Below the pieces are notes generated by a model that did not search any database, was not told where the DNA came from, and saw nothing but the letters and a program-made list of their open reading frames with translations. A stretch of 62,812 bases of DNA, filler included, from Chiloscyllium plagiosum (lineage: Eukaryota), in assembly GCF_004010195.1 (NCBI RefSeq). It is 6 parts of one record of this genome, joined end to end, with 100 filler letters (N's around TTAATTAATTAA, not from the genome) between each part and the next. Parts side by side here need not be neighbours in the genome. Positions count along the whole stretch, not along the records: positions 1 to 22,969 come from NC_057712.1; positions 23,070 to 33,623 come from NC_057712.1; 4 more parts are not named here. One strand, given 5' to 3'. The position numbers were made by a program, and so were the translations under genes. Below are positions 11,611-24,611 of this stretch, piece after piece; the stretch's first letter is position 1; the number at the start of each line of letters is the position of its first letter.

Positions 11611-14287
11611 TCACTCATTTTTAATATCCTCTGAAATTACACAATGCCTATATTACTTTGGACTCTTAAGTTGAAATTTACTCTCATACTTCCAATTAAG
11701 ATTTGAAGTCCCAATACTTTTTAAACAGTTATGAGTCAAATAATGTAGGTTTGCAGCATTTTCCTGGTACTGAGCATAGGTTATGAGTAATAAATTATTT
11801 TGATAAATTTGGCATGTTTAACAAGGTAATTGCAATTCATATGCACTTGTCTTCTGATCACTTGCCCTTGGGACAGGATGTTATAGTTTGTCTTCTACTT
11901 TGAGGTATTGACTGATCAATTGCATATAGACATGCACAGCATGTATTCTGATTGTTACCTGCAGTTCCAGTGCATATCTTAATGGAATCAGCCCTAGCAT
12001 CAATAGTGCATGAACTAAAGTAGTGGTGCAGACTTGGTTCAAATTTTGTTGGGTTCAGGCCAGCGACTCTGCACCTGATTGCCATTAACAAGACAAAAAC
12101 TTTCATAAGATACTTCCACTTACTGTGATCCTTAGCATTGCTGAATATGTCTCTCATATTCCTGTTTTTGATGTGAATTGCATTACATATACTTAATATA
12201 CAACTTATTGTAGGTGCCTTCTCATCACTCAGGTTTGACTAAACTGGGAAAACAAAATTTTTGTACCCTCTGCTTATGAAGCCTACAACAATCGATTGAA
12301 GTTCCTTCATTTACTTCAGGTTTGTACCAACTGATGAAAGCATGAACACTAGGTAAAACCTACTCATCTAGTTCAAATAAGGAAACAATAATCTGGGAAG
12401 TAATAACCTAATATCCTATTCTGTACATTAATATTTTTAAATCCCTTGCAAAAATAAATTGCATCCTCATCAATTTGTGCTGCTCGTGTTTGCTTTCTGA
12501 CTACAATAGGTAAGAAAGTAAATCAACATTACAATGCTTGGGAATTATTTGTACATATATTAAAATATTAATACCTTTACTAATGAGTGAATAGATATTT
12601 GAACGATTCGTGCAACTAGGAAATGCAGACAAGCCTAAAAGGAGATTACAGCCACTTATGGTTTTTTGGTGAGAGGCTGGATTACATTTCCGTTTCTTGT
12701 TGCTGGTATTAAAAACAATGAAAGTGGCATAAATTATTTAACATGCCGGATACAGAAAGCAATTTGTCAGTGGGCAGAGATGGTCCTATCTTACAGCAAA
12801 AGACAGCTGCAAGTTAAGTACTTCCCACAGGAACAGCTTCTGTACTCACAACAGTTAACTGGCAGCCGAAATGTTGCACATGACCAAAATGCTTAAACCT
12901 TGTATTCCTTAAACAATGTTGTCCTGCATCTCTGTTTGCCAATCATTTATGAAGGTCAATATTTCCAGACAAATATTCACCTTCTTTCCTTTAGCACTTT
13001 GTGTGAAGCTTTAAATATACTCCATCAAACTAATACTAAAGCAAATACTGCAGATGGTGAATATGAAATAAAAATAAAAGGTCATTGACTAGAGACATTA
13101 ATTCTTTCTTCTTCCACCAATGCTACCCAACCTACAGAGAATTTCCTGTATTTTCTGTTTTCACTCCATGTAATCTATTTTGAATACACCAAATTTTCCA
13201 CTGTTCAATAGTTCATTTCAGAAATCAAGTCTTCCTCCACCAGTCAGATGAGAGATTGGGAAAACCAGATATATTTGTATCCAGAAACTGCACTTACCTA
13301 TATTCTTAAGTGTACATGAAAGATTGACTGACTTCTTCTAAATAAAAACAGAATATAAGTTTAAATGTTACAATGCCAATGTATGTCATTTGTAGTTTAA
13401 AAATTATTAAATAGCATTTGTTGCATGTTGGGTTGCTGATAACTTAGTAATATGGTTTTGCAATGGTTTAAATCTCATCCCATCCTCAGTCAATTTCTGT
13501 TTCTTTAGGTCTATAGCCAAATCACAGCCAAAACTGTCTAGTTCCACATGTTAAAATGGTGAATTAAGTTCTTTTGGTTCTACAGTATTTCAAGCAATAT
13601 TCAGCATCTTCACAAGTGAGAGAGAGAAAAAAAAGACCTCTCTAAATTCTTATCTTCATCAACACTGCTGGTAAAGATCTGGGAGTAGGCAACCTGCCTA
13701 TATTCTTCACTTTGGAACTGTGGGGCATTAAAGCTCAAAAATAGCCCAAATATTCCAGGATCTATTTTTCAGAGGGTTAAATCTGTAGTAAGTTTATCTA
13801 TTTAACTTAAGTAAAGTCATCTCTTAAAGCTTCCTGTGGTGAACACCCTACAACATATTGAGGTTGAGACAGTCGTGTCTTCCTCTGTATTCTATAAGAA
13901 TCTATATTACTCCTCCACCAAGAGATAGCATCACTGACATGATATACCACACTACTAGGCTAATAAGAGGCATGATATTTTCATACAGACAAAATTATTT
14001 GCAAAGTCACATTTACTGTATATCTCCAGTTATTTTGAGAAGGGGTGATAAAATTCTTACATCAGCAATTTTAATAATTATGCTCTGATGATGATGCTAA
14101 GTAGGGAATGTCAGGATTTTTATGAATTACCAAATATACAAGGCAAAGTCAAGGATTTTCAGCTGTCTGGATCATAAATATTGCAATTTCCTCCACAAAC
14201 CTCTCTGTCCTTCTTCCCTTCATTAAGATGCTCCTTGAAACCGACCTTTTCCTAGTCTCAATATCTCTTATGGCTGGGTGCCACATT

Positions 14288-16960
14288 GAACATAAGAATA
14301 CAAGAACTAGGAGCAGGAGTAGGCCATCTGGCCCTTCAACCCTGCTCCTCCATTCAATAAAGTCATGGCTGATCTTTTTGTGGGCTCAGCCCACTCGCCG
14401 TAACCCTTAATTCCTTTATTGTTCAAAGAATTATCTATCTTAGCTTTAAAAACATCTACTGAAGTAGTGTCAACAACTTCACTGAATGAGGAATTCCATA
14501 GATTCACAACCCTCTGGGCAAAGATGTTCCTTCTCAATTCAGCCCTAAATCTGCTCCCCCTAATTTTGAGGATACACCCTCTCGTCCTAGTTTCTCCTGC
14601 CAGTGGAAACATCCTCTCTACTTCTATCTTATCTATTCCCGTCATTATTTTATATGTTTCTGCAAGATCCCTCCTCATTCTTCTAAATTCTAATGAATAT
14701 GATCCCACTCTATTAGGTCTCTCCTCATAAGCCAACCCTCCCCTCCCAACTATGGAATAAACTTAGTGAACCTCCTCAGGACCTCCTCTATTGCCAGTAC
14801 CTCCTTTCTCAAGTAAGGAGACCAAAACTGCACACAGTACTCCAGGTGTGGCCTCCCCAGCACCTTGTACAGCTGTAACATTACCTCCCTGCTTTTAAAC
14901 TCAATCCATTTAGCAATGCAAGACAAATTTTCATTTGCCTTCCTACTTACCTGTTGTACCTGCAGACTAACCTTCTGTGATTCACGCACAAGGACACCCA
15001 GGTCCCTCTGCATAGCAGCATGCTGCAACTTTATACCATTCAAGTAATAATTCTTTTTACTGTCACACCTACCAAAATGGATGGTTTCATATTTATTAAC
15101 ATTGTACTCCATCTGCCAGACCTTTGTCCACTCATTTAAATGCTCTATGTTCCTCTGCAAAGTCTCACAGTCCTCTGCACTGTCACTCATCTTAGTGTCA
15201 TCCGCAAACTTTGACACACTACACATGGTCCAACTCCAAATCATCTATATAAATTGTGAATAATTGTGATCCCTGAGGTACACCACTAGTTACTGATTGC
15301 CAACCAGAATAACACTCATTTATCCCCATTCTTTGCTTCTTGTTAGTCAACCAATCCTCTATCCATGCTAATACTTCACCCGTAATGCCATGCATCTTTA
15401 TCTTATGCAGCTGCCTCTTGTGCGGCACCTTGTCGAAAGCCTTTTGGACATCTAGGTACACGCATCTACTGGTTCCTCGTTAACCACCTTGCTTGTAATG
15501 TCTTCATGGAATTCCAAAAGATTAGTTAAACATGACCTGTCCTTCTTGAACCCATGCTGTGACTGCCCAAGGGGACAATTTCTATCAAAATACCTTGCTA
15601 TTTATTCCTTAATAGTAGACTCAAGCATCTTCCCCACTACAGAAGTTAAGCTAACTGGTCTATAATTTCCCACCTTTTGTCTACCTCCCTTTTTAAACAG
15701 TGGTGTCATATTTACTGTTTTCCAATCTGCTGGGACTGCCCCAGAGTCCAGTGAATTTTGGAAAATTATCACAAGTACACTTGCTATTTTGCCCGCCATC
15801 TCTTTTGGTACAGCACCACCCTGATGTTGTCTTGAATATCAGAGCTACTCCACCCCCCTTACCTTCCTGTCTGTCCTTCCAAATAGTCTGATACCCCTGG
15901 ATATTTAACTCCCAATTGTGACTATCCTGTAACCATGTCTTCATAATGGCTACTAAATCATATTCAGTCACGATGATTCGTGCCATTAACTCATCAATCT
16001 TGTTACCTGAATGCTATGAGCTCTTATGCTAGTTTTCATACCCTCATGATTTTCAGCGTCTTTAATAATATCTCCTGAGTTATCCTTCCTTTTTACTTCT
16101 TTCACAGTCTGCCTTGTAGTTAAACCCTCCTGTATACTCCTGAAGGGAGGCAATGGCCTAGTGGTATTATCACTGGACTGTTAATCCAGACCCAGATAAC
16201 GTTCTGGGGACCCAGGACTGAATCCCTCCATGGCAGATGGTGGAATTTGAATGCGATAAAAAATCTGGAATTAAGAGTCGAATGAAGACTAAGAATCCAT
16301 TGTTGTAAAAGTCCATCTGGTTCACCAATGCCCTTTATGGAAGGAAACTGTCATCCTTACCTGGTCTGGCTTACATGTGACTCCAGACCGACAGCAATGT
16401 GGTTGACTCTCAACTGCCCCCTGGGCAATTAGGGATGGGCAATAAATGCTAGGCTAGCCAGCGACGCACTCATCCTGTGAATGAATAAAAGAAAACACAT
16501 GCTAACCTGCTGCTTACCTTTTTCATTTACCATCATACTTCCTGTCATTTTCCCCTTTCCTTCCCTCGACTGACTCATTTAAAATCCTAGTCACCATCCT
16601 ATTTATCCTTTTCACTAGAACACTGGTTCCAGATCGGTTCAGGTGGACACTGTCCCGTTGGTACAGATCCCTCCTGTTCCAAAACTGATGCCAATACCCC
16701 ATGAAATGGAACTCCTCTTTCCCACACCACTCCCTTAGCTACATGTTTACTTCTCTAACTCTCTTATCCCTATTTGCATGAGGATCTGGCAGTAATCTGG
16801 AGATTATAACCCTTTAGCACCTTCCTTAATTTCGTTCTTAGTGCTTGATAATCCTCCTTCCTAGCTTTGCCTATGTTGTTAGTCCCAACGTAGACCACAA
16901 CAACTGGATCCTCCCCCTCCTGCTCCAATATCCTTTCAAGCCGGTCAAAGATAACATTTT
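14288..16960 (-). mobile_element. CR1 LINE with internal deletions: ORF1 esterase remnant, APE start, RT and 3' tail
   Basis: PVVVVYVGTNNIGK (SGNH-esterase-like ORF1 of CR1), YDLVAIMKTWL...GKGGGVAL (APE), GNYRPVSLTSVVGK, YLDVQKAFDKVPH, SKFADD. Confidence 0.92.
16145..16494 (+). mobile_element. tRNA-derived SINE (SacSINE1/Deu-SINE-like) inserted in CR1
   Basis: A-box-like TGGCCTAGTGG, degenerate B-box GGACTGAATCCC, 3' tail GGGCAATTAGGGATGGGCAATAAATGCT...TGAATGAATAAAA matching the 3' end of the LINE at 38150-38230. Family name is from recall. Confidence 0.75.
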
Positions 16961-17274
16961 GCGCCCTTGCTGAACAATACATCTATCCACCTCTGCTTTA
17001 AAAATATTGAAAGATTTTACTTTCACCACCTTATAGAATTACTGATCTGGTCGGGTATATTCGTGGAGTTATAATGTAACTTCCAGCCTTTTTCCATTTA
17101 CCAATATTTTAATTTTGTTAAAAGGAAATTGTGAAGCTGTTTGTCCTGCATCAGGAAAATTTATAAGAAACAAAGTGATACGGTAAATTATACACAGGCG
17201 TTAATACCATAAAAATTGCTTTCCTTTTACATTAGAATTTTGCTGTAAATTGTCCTGATGAGGAGACAGATGTT

Positions 17275-17397
17275 GGGGTCTGCAGATGCTGGAGAAGTCA
17301 GAATTGATAAAGTATGGCGCTGGAAAAGGCACAGCAGGTCAGGCAGCATCCAAGGAGCAAGATAGTCAGCATTTCAGATGGGACCCTTCTTCAGGAC
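17275..17397 (-). mobile_element. Decayed PLE terminal repeat (family A-like)
   Basis: CTGCAGATGCTGGAGA...GCACAGCAGGTCAGGCAGCATCC...CCCTTCTTCAGGA. Confidence 0.7.
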
Positions 17398-19459
17398 TCA
17401 GATCTTGCCCAAAATGTCAACTCTCTTGCTAATTGTCCTGATGAGTACAAAATGAAAAATTTCAACAAAAATGTGACCTTTTCCAGAAATACTCAAGTCC
17501 TAAACTGCTATGATTATTTTCTGTTCAAGTTTTTACTTTGGGACTGCTAAAGCAGTAATCTGTTTAAACAAAATTCCCAGGAGCTCCTGGAATTTCCTGG
17601 AGGGTTGGGAACCCAAATTGAAAATGCTGAAAACTCTGCACATAATAATGAGTTGGAGGAAAGGAGCAATGCATTGGAAACTAAAATTAAAATAAAGAGC
17701 ATGCATCTCAGCTATTTTAACCCTTTGCACTTTTGTCCCATTAATATTGCACCTCTAAAACTTCTTCCAATCGTATGTCGTAACTTAGTTCATTTTAAGA
17801 ACTATAAAGACAAAATATGAGGGAAACAGCTCCAAAGTAAAAATGGATGCAATAGAATGCGATGGCAGAAACTTTAGGAAAAAGGAGACAGTTAAGTTCT
17901 AAGGAATTACTAAAGTCAGCTCTCAGGTTAGTGGACTTTAATGTGTACAGGAGACCGACAGTTAGTTAGGTTACAGTCACCAATTTCATAATCACAGTGT
18001 GAAGGTGTGTTTACAGAGCATGATTTGGAGCTACAATCCTAACATTGACTCCACAACTCACTCTGAGTCCAGTATCTTAATAAGATAAATTCACTGATCC
18101 TCTGTTCCTATGTTCATGAGATACTAGAATGAAGCATGTACACACAGAAGATATGAAGGATTTTAAAAAATCGTTCTGTGAATACTTCGGAATTATGTTA
18201 AGAAATCTGTAAGTAACATTTTCCCAAACATGAGGTCAGATGTTGATGAGCTAAAAATTTATTTTCTCATTTCCAGCACAACATAAATTATACAGAATAA
18301 CTCATAAGAATGAGGACATTTCAAAAGAATATACTCTTTGGATGTGGCTTTGAAAATGACCTAAAGGTCTTTTTTCTTGCCTCTGGACAGCATCTTTGTA
18401 TTCAAGAAGTGCATTCAGAACTGTGATTTAGAAAGAGGCAAACAAATAGGTTTCACATTGTAAGATGTGGGAGAGTTTTGCAGATCCATGCTGAGAGTAT
18501 TCCAAATTCTGACAATGATAAATTATATAGCTGGTTCAAAGCTTTGTGTACACTTCACTGAAAGATATAATTTTCACTGTTGGCTCTATCAACAATCATG
18601 TCTAACAAAATGCTGTTCTTTTAGGTTTCACAACTTTGAAAGTTCATTGGCCAATCAGATATGTGGAAATGGCAATGAACTTGTTCTTTTTTTTAAACAT
18701 GGTTTATTACAGGAACAGTTCTTTTGAGACCTTCTCCGTTAAGTCATCCTTTATGCACTCGTGGTGCTTTTGAAAAATCTTTGCACTTCACAGAGCCTGC
18801 AAAGAAACCTTGCCCAAACAGACGTGACTAGAACTTTAAGTAAAATGATGCATATGCAGTGGGTTCTTTCACAATGTGTCCTTAGGATTGTTCATTGTGA
18901 GTAAGGCTAAACTTACTCTGGCATTAACGACTTCAATAATGTGACCTGTTCATTGAAGCATCGATTAAATAGGGCACAAAGACAAGTCTGAATTCATGTT
19001 CCTGGTCGAGGCTACAAAAAAACATATACCTTAATAAACTTTAATTTTAAAAACAAAAATGCTTGGAACCAAGAAATGCTGAGATAATTTAGTGTTGCCA
19101 GTCCAAAGCAGATTTTGTAGGAGGTTGTGTGAAATTTTGAGTCTACAGACTACACAAATATCCATAAAAACATACATTTATTCAAAAACTTTAAAATATT
19201 TCCAGCAGCATCACAGGTCCACTAATAAACAAAATGTCATCACAAGGAGATATTAGGACACACAATCAAAGTTCAAAGGAACAAGCTTTCTTGACTTCAG
19301 GCTTAGGAAGGCAATTTCAGAGCTTGTGACCGAGACACAGTCACCAATAGATGAACAAGGTAATGAGTTTTTGTAAGAGTCCATTCCAATCATCTGTATC
19401 ACAAAGACTGTATTCTGTGGGGGATTTTCAGGAATGCTCCAAGTCAGAATATTGGCAAC

Positions 19460-20245
19460 CTGGTGAAGAGGGCGAAATGAGGTTCAATGCAGAGAAGTGT
19501 GAGGCCATGCATTTTGGTCAGAAGTTCACCGAAAGACAATATAAAATAGGGGTTACAATTTTTAAAGGCATGCAGGAGCAAAGGAACCCATGTGCATATG
19601 TGCACAAATCATTATAGGTGCCAGAAAAGGTGGAGAGATGAGTAAATAAAGCATTCAGTGTTTTTGAGACATAGAGTGCAATACCAAAGGAGTAATGTTG
19701 AACTTGCACAACACAGTTGTTAGATCTTGGCTGGAGTATTGTCTACAGTTGAGCGCACCATATTATAGGAAAGATGTGAAGGCACTGAAGAGAATGCAGA
19801 AGCAATTTACTAGCGTTGTTCCAGTAATGAGAAATTTCAGCTATGAAGATAGATTGAAGAAATTGAGACTATTTTCCCTGAAGAGAAGGTCAAGAGCAGA
19901 TCTAACTGAGGTTTTCAAAATCATGAGTGATCTAGACAAAGTAGATAGAGTGTAGATTTATCTGCTCGTAAAAGAAACAAGAACACAAACATAAACTTAA
20001 CATGATCTACAAATGAAACAAGTGTGATGTGAGAAAAACAAATCTTTCACACAATTTGTTAGAGTACAGAACGTATTGCCTAGAACTGTGGCGGAGGCAT
20101 GTTTAATTAAGGCATGTAAGAGGATATTGGATGATTATTTGTGTAGTAACAGTATGCAGGAATATGGAAACAAGGCAGGAGATTGCCACTAGTGAACAGA
20201 ATCAACGCAGGCTTGATGGGCCAAATGGCCTCCTTGTGCACCTTG
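19460..20245 (+). mobile_element. Old CR1 LINE 3' fragment
   Basis: MRFNAEKCEAMHFG; VRSWLEYCLQLSAPYYRKDVKAL...SYEDRLKKLRLFSL. Confidence 0.85.
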
Positions 20246-20966
20246 TTAAATTTGAGATTTGGTGAACTCAACTGCTACTGGAGGACTATCAATGTGTTGA
20301 AAGGCACTCCTTGATCTGTTCAAAACTTGTTGACCTGTCAGTGCAAAGAGCTGTTGATGTACCAGTCTGCAACACTAGGTGTCAGTGCTATAGGTGAAGG
20401 GACAGAATAAAGCTTGGGGCGCAATAGGGAAAGACAACTGTTTAAGATCATCTGCCACAGTATATGGATAGGTTGAAAACTGTGCAAACCCCTCAGGCTT
20501 TATGTTTGATGTGAAATTAATATTTTCACTTTTTTAATTTCATTCATGGGATGTGAATATGATTGGCTGGGTTAGCATTAATTGACCATCCTTAATTGTC
20601 ATTGAGAAGATGGTGATGAGCTATCTTTCTTGAACCACTGCAGTTCCTTTTCTGTGCATAGACTGTCAATGCTGTTAGGGGAGAGTTTCATGATGTTGGC
20701 TGAGCAACACTGAAGGAATGACAACATACTTCCATGACGCCCATGACATACAGCAATTACATTTTCCTTCCAGGTACAAAAACTCAAAAAAAAAGTCAAT
20801 CGCTTGTGGCTGACAAAGAAAGTTCAGGGCTGTTTAAGATTAAAACAAGAGGTTTATAAAGTTGCCATAAATACCAGAGGATTTGAAGGATTTCAGAAGG
20901 AAGATTAGGAAATGACAAATGGAACCTTTACATGAACCAGGATGTGAGGATGTACAGGCAAGGTAA

Positions 20967-22510
20967 CTATGGGAGTTTGTAGTGGATATTGGTGGTCAGC
21001 CTCCCCCCAGAAATGGAAACAGAAATGTCGAGGAAGAGAAGGGAGGAGTCAGATGGACAAGGAGAAGGTGAGAGCGGAGTGGGAATTGGAAGCAAAATTG
21101 ATTCCAATTTAGGATGAGAGAGGAAGCAGCATTGATGATAAAAGACTCTATTCCATTCCCACTGTTCCTCCGTCACTGCTGAATCTCTTCTGAAGTTATG
21201 AAGATGTGGGTGCACTGTACCTTTAAGAGAGTTAAAAGCTATGAGTATTGAGAAGATTTGTAGCTCAGGTTGAGGTTCTGGATGTAGGTTTGCTTGCTGT
21301 GCTGGAAGGTTCGTTTTCAGACGTTTTGTCACCATACGAGGTAACATTTTCAGTGAGCCTCCGAATGAAGCACTGGTGGTGTAGCCCATTTTCTATTTAT
21401 ATGTTTAAGTTTCCTTGGGTTAGCGATGTCATTTTCTGTAGTGATATCATTTCCTGTGTTGATGTCATTTCCTGTTCTTTTTCTCAAGGGGTGGTAGATA
21501 AGATCCAAGTTAATGTGTTTGTTGATAGAGTTCCAGTTGGAATGCCATGCTTCTAGAAATTCTCGTGCATATCTCTGTTTGGTTTGTCCTAGGATAGATG
21601 TGCTATCCCAGTCAAAGGGGTGTCCTTCCTCATATGTATGTAAGGATACTAATGAGAGTGGGTCATGTTGTTTTGTGGCTAATTGATGTTCATGTATGCT
21701 GGTGGCTAGTTTTCTGCCTCTTTGTCCAATGTAGTGTGTGTTACAGTTATTTTGTTATTTTGTAAATGACATTAGTTTTGCTTGTTGTCTGTATAGAGTC
21801 TTTCAAGTTCATTAACTGTTGTTTTCGTGTGTTAGTGGGTCTGTGGGCCTCCATGATGCTAAGGGGTCTGAGTAGTCCAGCATCCACATCCAAGGGAACA
21901 TTAGATACCATTTCCGCCATCTCCAGTGGGTTGTCATCACCAGACACATAGTCGCCTCCCCTGTCAGCTTTCCACAGGGTCTGTTCCCTCCTGGTCCACT
22001 CTTCCTCCACTCCCAACACCCCTACAGTTTCACAACACCTCCCCATGCAACAACAGTAGGTGTGACACCTGCTTGTTTACTTCCTCCCGCCCCAGTATCC
22101 AAGGGCCCAAACACACCATCCAGTTGAAGTAGCAATTTACCTGCACTTCTCACAATTTAGTCTACTGCATTCGCTGCTCACAACATGGTCTCCTCTGCAT
22201 TAGGGAAATGAAACGTAGACTGGTTGATCACTTCACAGAAAACTACGTTCTGTCCACAAAAAAAAGCTTTCAGTTGCCTGCAACTTGAACACATCTCCTT
22301 GTTCCCTGGCCAACATCTCTGTCACGTGCTTGCTGCAGTGCTCCAGTGAAGCTTAGTGCAAGCTAGAAGAATAGCTTGGGAACTCTATAGCCTTCTAGAC
22401 ACAATATCGAGTTCAATATCTTGAGGGCTTGAAGCATCTTCTCCCATGTCCTTACCCCAACCCCCATATACCAGGCGATGTTACAACATATCTGCTATTA
22501 CACACTATCC
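20967..22510. mobile_element. Cluster of PLE fragments: Neptune-type RT piece (-, about 20967-21120), Poseidon-type GIY-YIG and pLTR (-, about 21250-21880), Neptune-type Cys-rich/GIY-YIG piece (+, about 21880-22510)
   Basis: FLDISVSISGGRLTTNIHYK; LMNLKDSIQTTSKTNVIYKI; PCNNSRCDTC followed by FTCTSHNLVYCIRCS; decayed motif at 21317-21356 (-) with stem I TCA/TGA. Confidence 0.8.
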
Positions 22511-22835
22511 TTTGTTAGCCAATAATAGTCCCCATGATGTGGAGGTATTGGACTGGGGTGGACAAGGTCAGAAGTCACATGACACACATCTAAATGGCTG
22601 GAATAACATGCTAGGCATAAGAGTTGCATGCCAAGGATTCAATCAAAGTAACAAGAAATCCAAAACTGTATAAACTAATTAAGGTAGAGAGACCATTACA
22701 GGTTATCAAGCTGATGGTGTCAAAACCAGACAATACAGAACAGTATGGTGGGTTTACACTTAGCATGACATGAACCCAAGATTACAGTTGAGCCCGTCTT
22801 CATGGGTACGGAACTTGGCTATCAGTTTCTGCTTA

Positions 22836-22969
22836 TGGATTAGTAGTGCTGGAAGAGCACAGCAGTTCAGGCAGCATCCGAGGAGCTGTAAAATCGATGT
22901 TTCGGGCAAAAGCCTTTCATCAAGAATACAGGCAGAGAGCCTGGAGCGTGGAGAGATAAGTGAGAGGAG
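22836..22969 (-). mobile_element. Family D PLE terminal repeat running into the segment end
   Basis: GTGCTGGAAGAGCACAGCAGTTCAGGCAGCATCC...GTTTCGGGCAAAAGCC. Confidence 0.75.
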
Positions 22970-23069
22970 NNNNNNNNNNNNNNNNNNNNNNNNNNNNNNN
23001 NNNNNNNNNNNNNTTAATTAATTAANNNNNNNNNNNNNNNNNNNNNNNNNNNNNNNNNNNNNNNNNNNN
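22970..23069. other. Artificial 100-bp spacer joining sequence segments
   Basis: 44 N + TTAATTAATTAA (stops in all six frames) + 44 N; identical at five positions. Confidence 0.97.
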
Positions 23070-23165
23070 TAGAGCTCTCAAAGGTAGTGGAATCAAGGGT
23101 TATGGAGATAAGGCAGGAACAGGATACTGATTAGGAATGATCAGCCATGATTATATTGAATGGTG

Positions 23166-23499
23166 GTGCAGGCTCGAAGGGCTGAATGGCCTACTCCTGC
23201 ACCTATTGTCTATTGTCTGTGGTAAATCAGAGACAAAAATAAAACTTGTTGGAAAAACGCAGCAAGTCTGGCACCATCTGTGGAGAGAAATCAGAGTTAA
23301 CATTTCAGTTCAAGTGACTCTTCCTCAGAACTGTGCAGGCTCGAAGGGCTGAATGGCCTACTCCTGCACCTATTGTCTATTGTCTGTGGTAAATCAGAGA
23401 CAAAAATAAAACTTGTTGGAAAAACGCAGCAAGTCTGGCACCATCTGTGGAGAGAAATCAGAGTTAACATTTCAGTTCAAGTGACTCTTCCTCAGAACT
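23166..23499 (+). repeat. Direct tandem duplication, 2 x 167 bp, spanning a CR1 3' tail and a family E PLE terminus
   Basis: 23166-23332 and 23333-23499 appear identical by eye. Confidence 0.9.
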
Positions 23500-23509
23500 C
23501 AGCAATTTC

Positions 23510-24610
23510 TATTTATGTCTTTGCATTCTATAGCTCTGCCAATGAAGGAGAGTATTCCATATGCCTTCTTTACAACCTTATCTACTTGTACTGGTATCTT
23601 TAGGGACCCGTGCACTTGTACACCAAGATCTCTTGCTTCATCTACCCCTCTCAGTATATTCCCATTTATTGTGTATTCCCTTTTATTATTTGATCTCCTT
23701 AAATGCATTATCCCACACTTATCAGAGTGGAACTCCATTTGTCACTTTCCTACCCACTCCACCAACCCACCTATATCATGTTGGAGCTTACAGCTATCCT
23801 CTACATTATCCACTACACAAGCACTTTTTGTGCGGTCTGCAAATTTCCTAATTGTGTCCCCTCGTGTTCAAGTCTACATCGTCACTGTATGGTCCAGTTT
23901 ATAGTCCAACAGGTTTATTTGAAATCACAAGCTTTCGGAGCACTACTCCTTCGTCAGATGAAGTGGAGAGAAACACACAGGCACAGAATTTATAGACGAA
24001 AACATATGCCTTCCCTCCTTTTCACCTGAAAGAGCAGTGCTCCGAAAGCTTGTGATTTCAAATAAACCTGTTGAACTACAACCTGGTGTCTGTGACTCCT
24101 GTCTTTGTCCACCCCAGTCCAGTACTGGAACCTCCACATGTTAAAGCAACAGCAGCAGTCCCAACACCAAGCCTTGCAGAACACTACTTGGAATTGCTTT
24201 CCACCTGCAAGGACAGCTAATGACCATTTCTGTTACTAAGCCAACTTTGTATCCCATAGTGTTTCACTTTTTGACCAGTTTGCCATGTGGGACCTTATCA
24301 AATGCCTTACTAAAATTCATGTAGACAACATCCACTACATTGCTCTCATCGATCCTGCTTGTCACTTCTTCACAGAAGTCAAGTAAGTTTGACCTTTCCT
24401 TAACTCACCATGAAGGGCTTTTGCCCGAAATGTCGATTTTGCTGCTCGTCGGATGCTGCTTGAATTGCTGTGCTCTTCCAGCACCACTGATCCAGAATCT
24501 GGTTTCCAGCATCTGCAGTCATTGTTTTTACCATACTGACTATCCCTGACTAGCCCATTCATTTCTAAGTGATAGTTTATCCAATTTCTCAGGATTGATT
24601 CTGACCAACT
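23510..24610 (-). mobile_element. CR1 fragment interrupted by an inverted family C insertion (about 23896-24140) and a family D insertion (about 24409-24532)
   Basis: MEFHSDKCGIMHL...VVKKAYGILSFIGR; motif CAT-CTGACGA-A-GGAG-TAGTG-CTCC-GAA-AGCT-T-GTG at 23960-23926 (-) with an inverted, deleted copy at 24023-24054 (+). Confidence 0.8.
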
Positions 24611-24611
24611 T

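Noticed and set aside
9500..22969. Further GAREM exons (CABIT domain) in the unique stretches
   Set aside because: No long open frame or GAREM-like peptide was found in the ORF track or by eye.
23014..23025. TTAATTAATTAA palindrome as a biological motif
   Set aside because: Always centred in exactly 44+44 Ns; it is an artificial linker.
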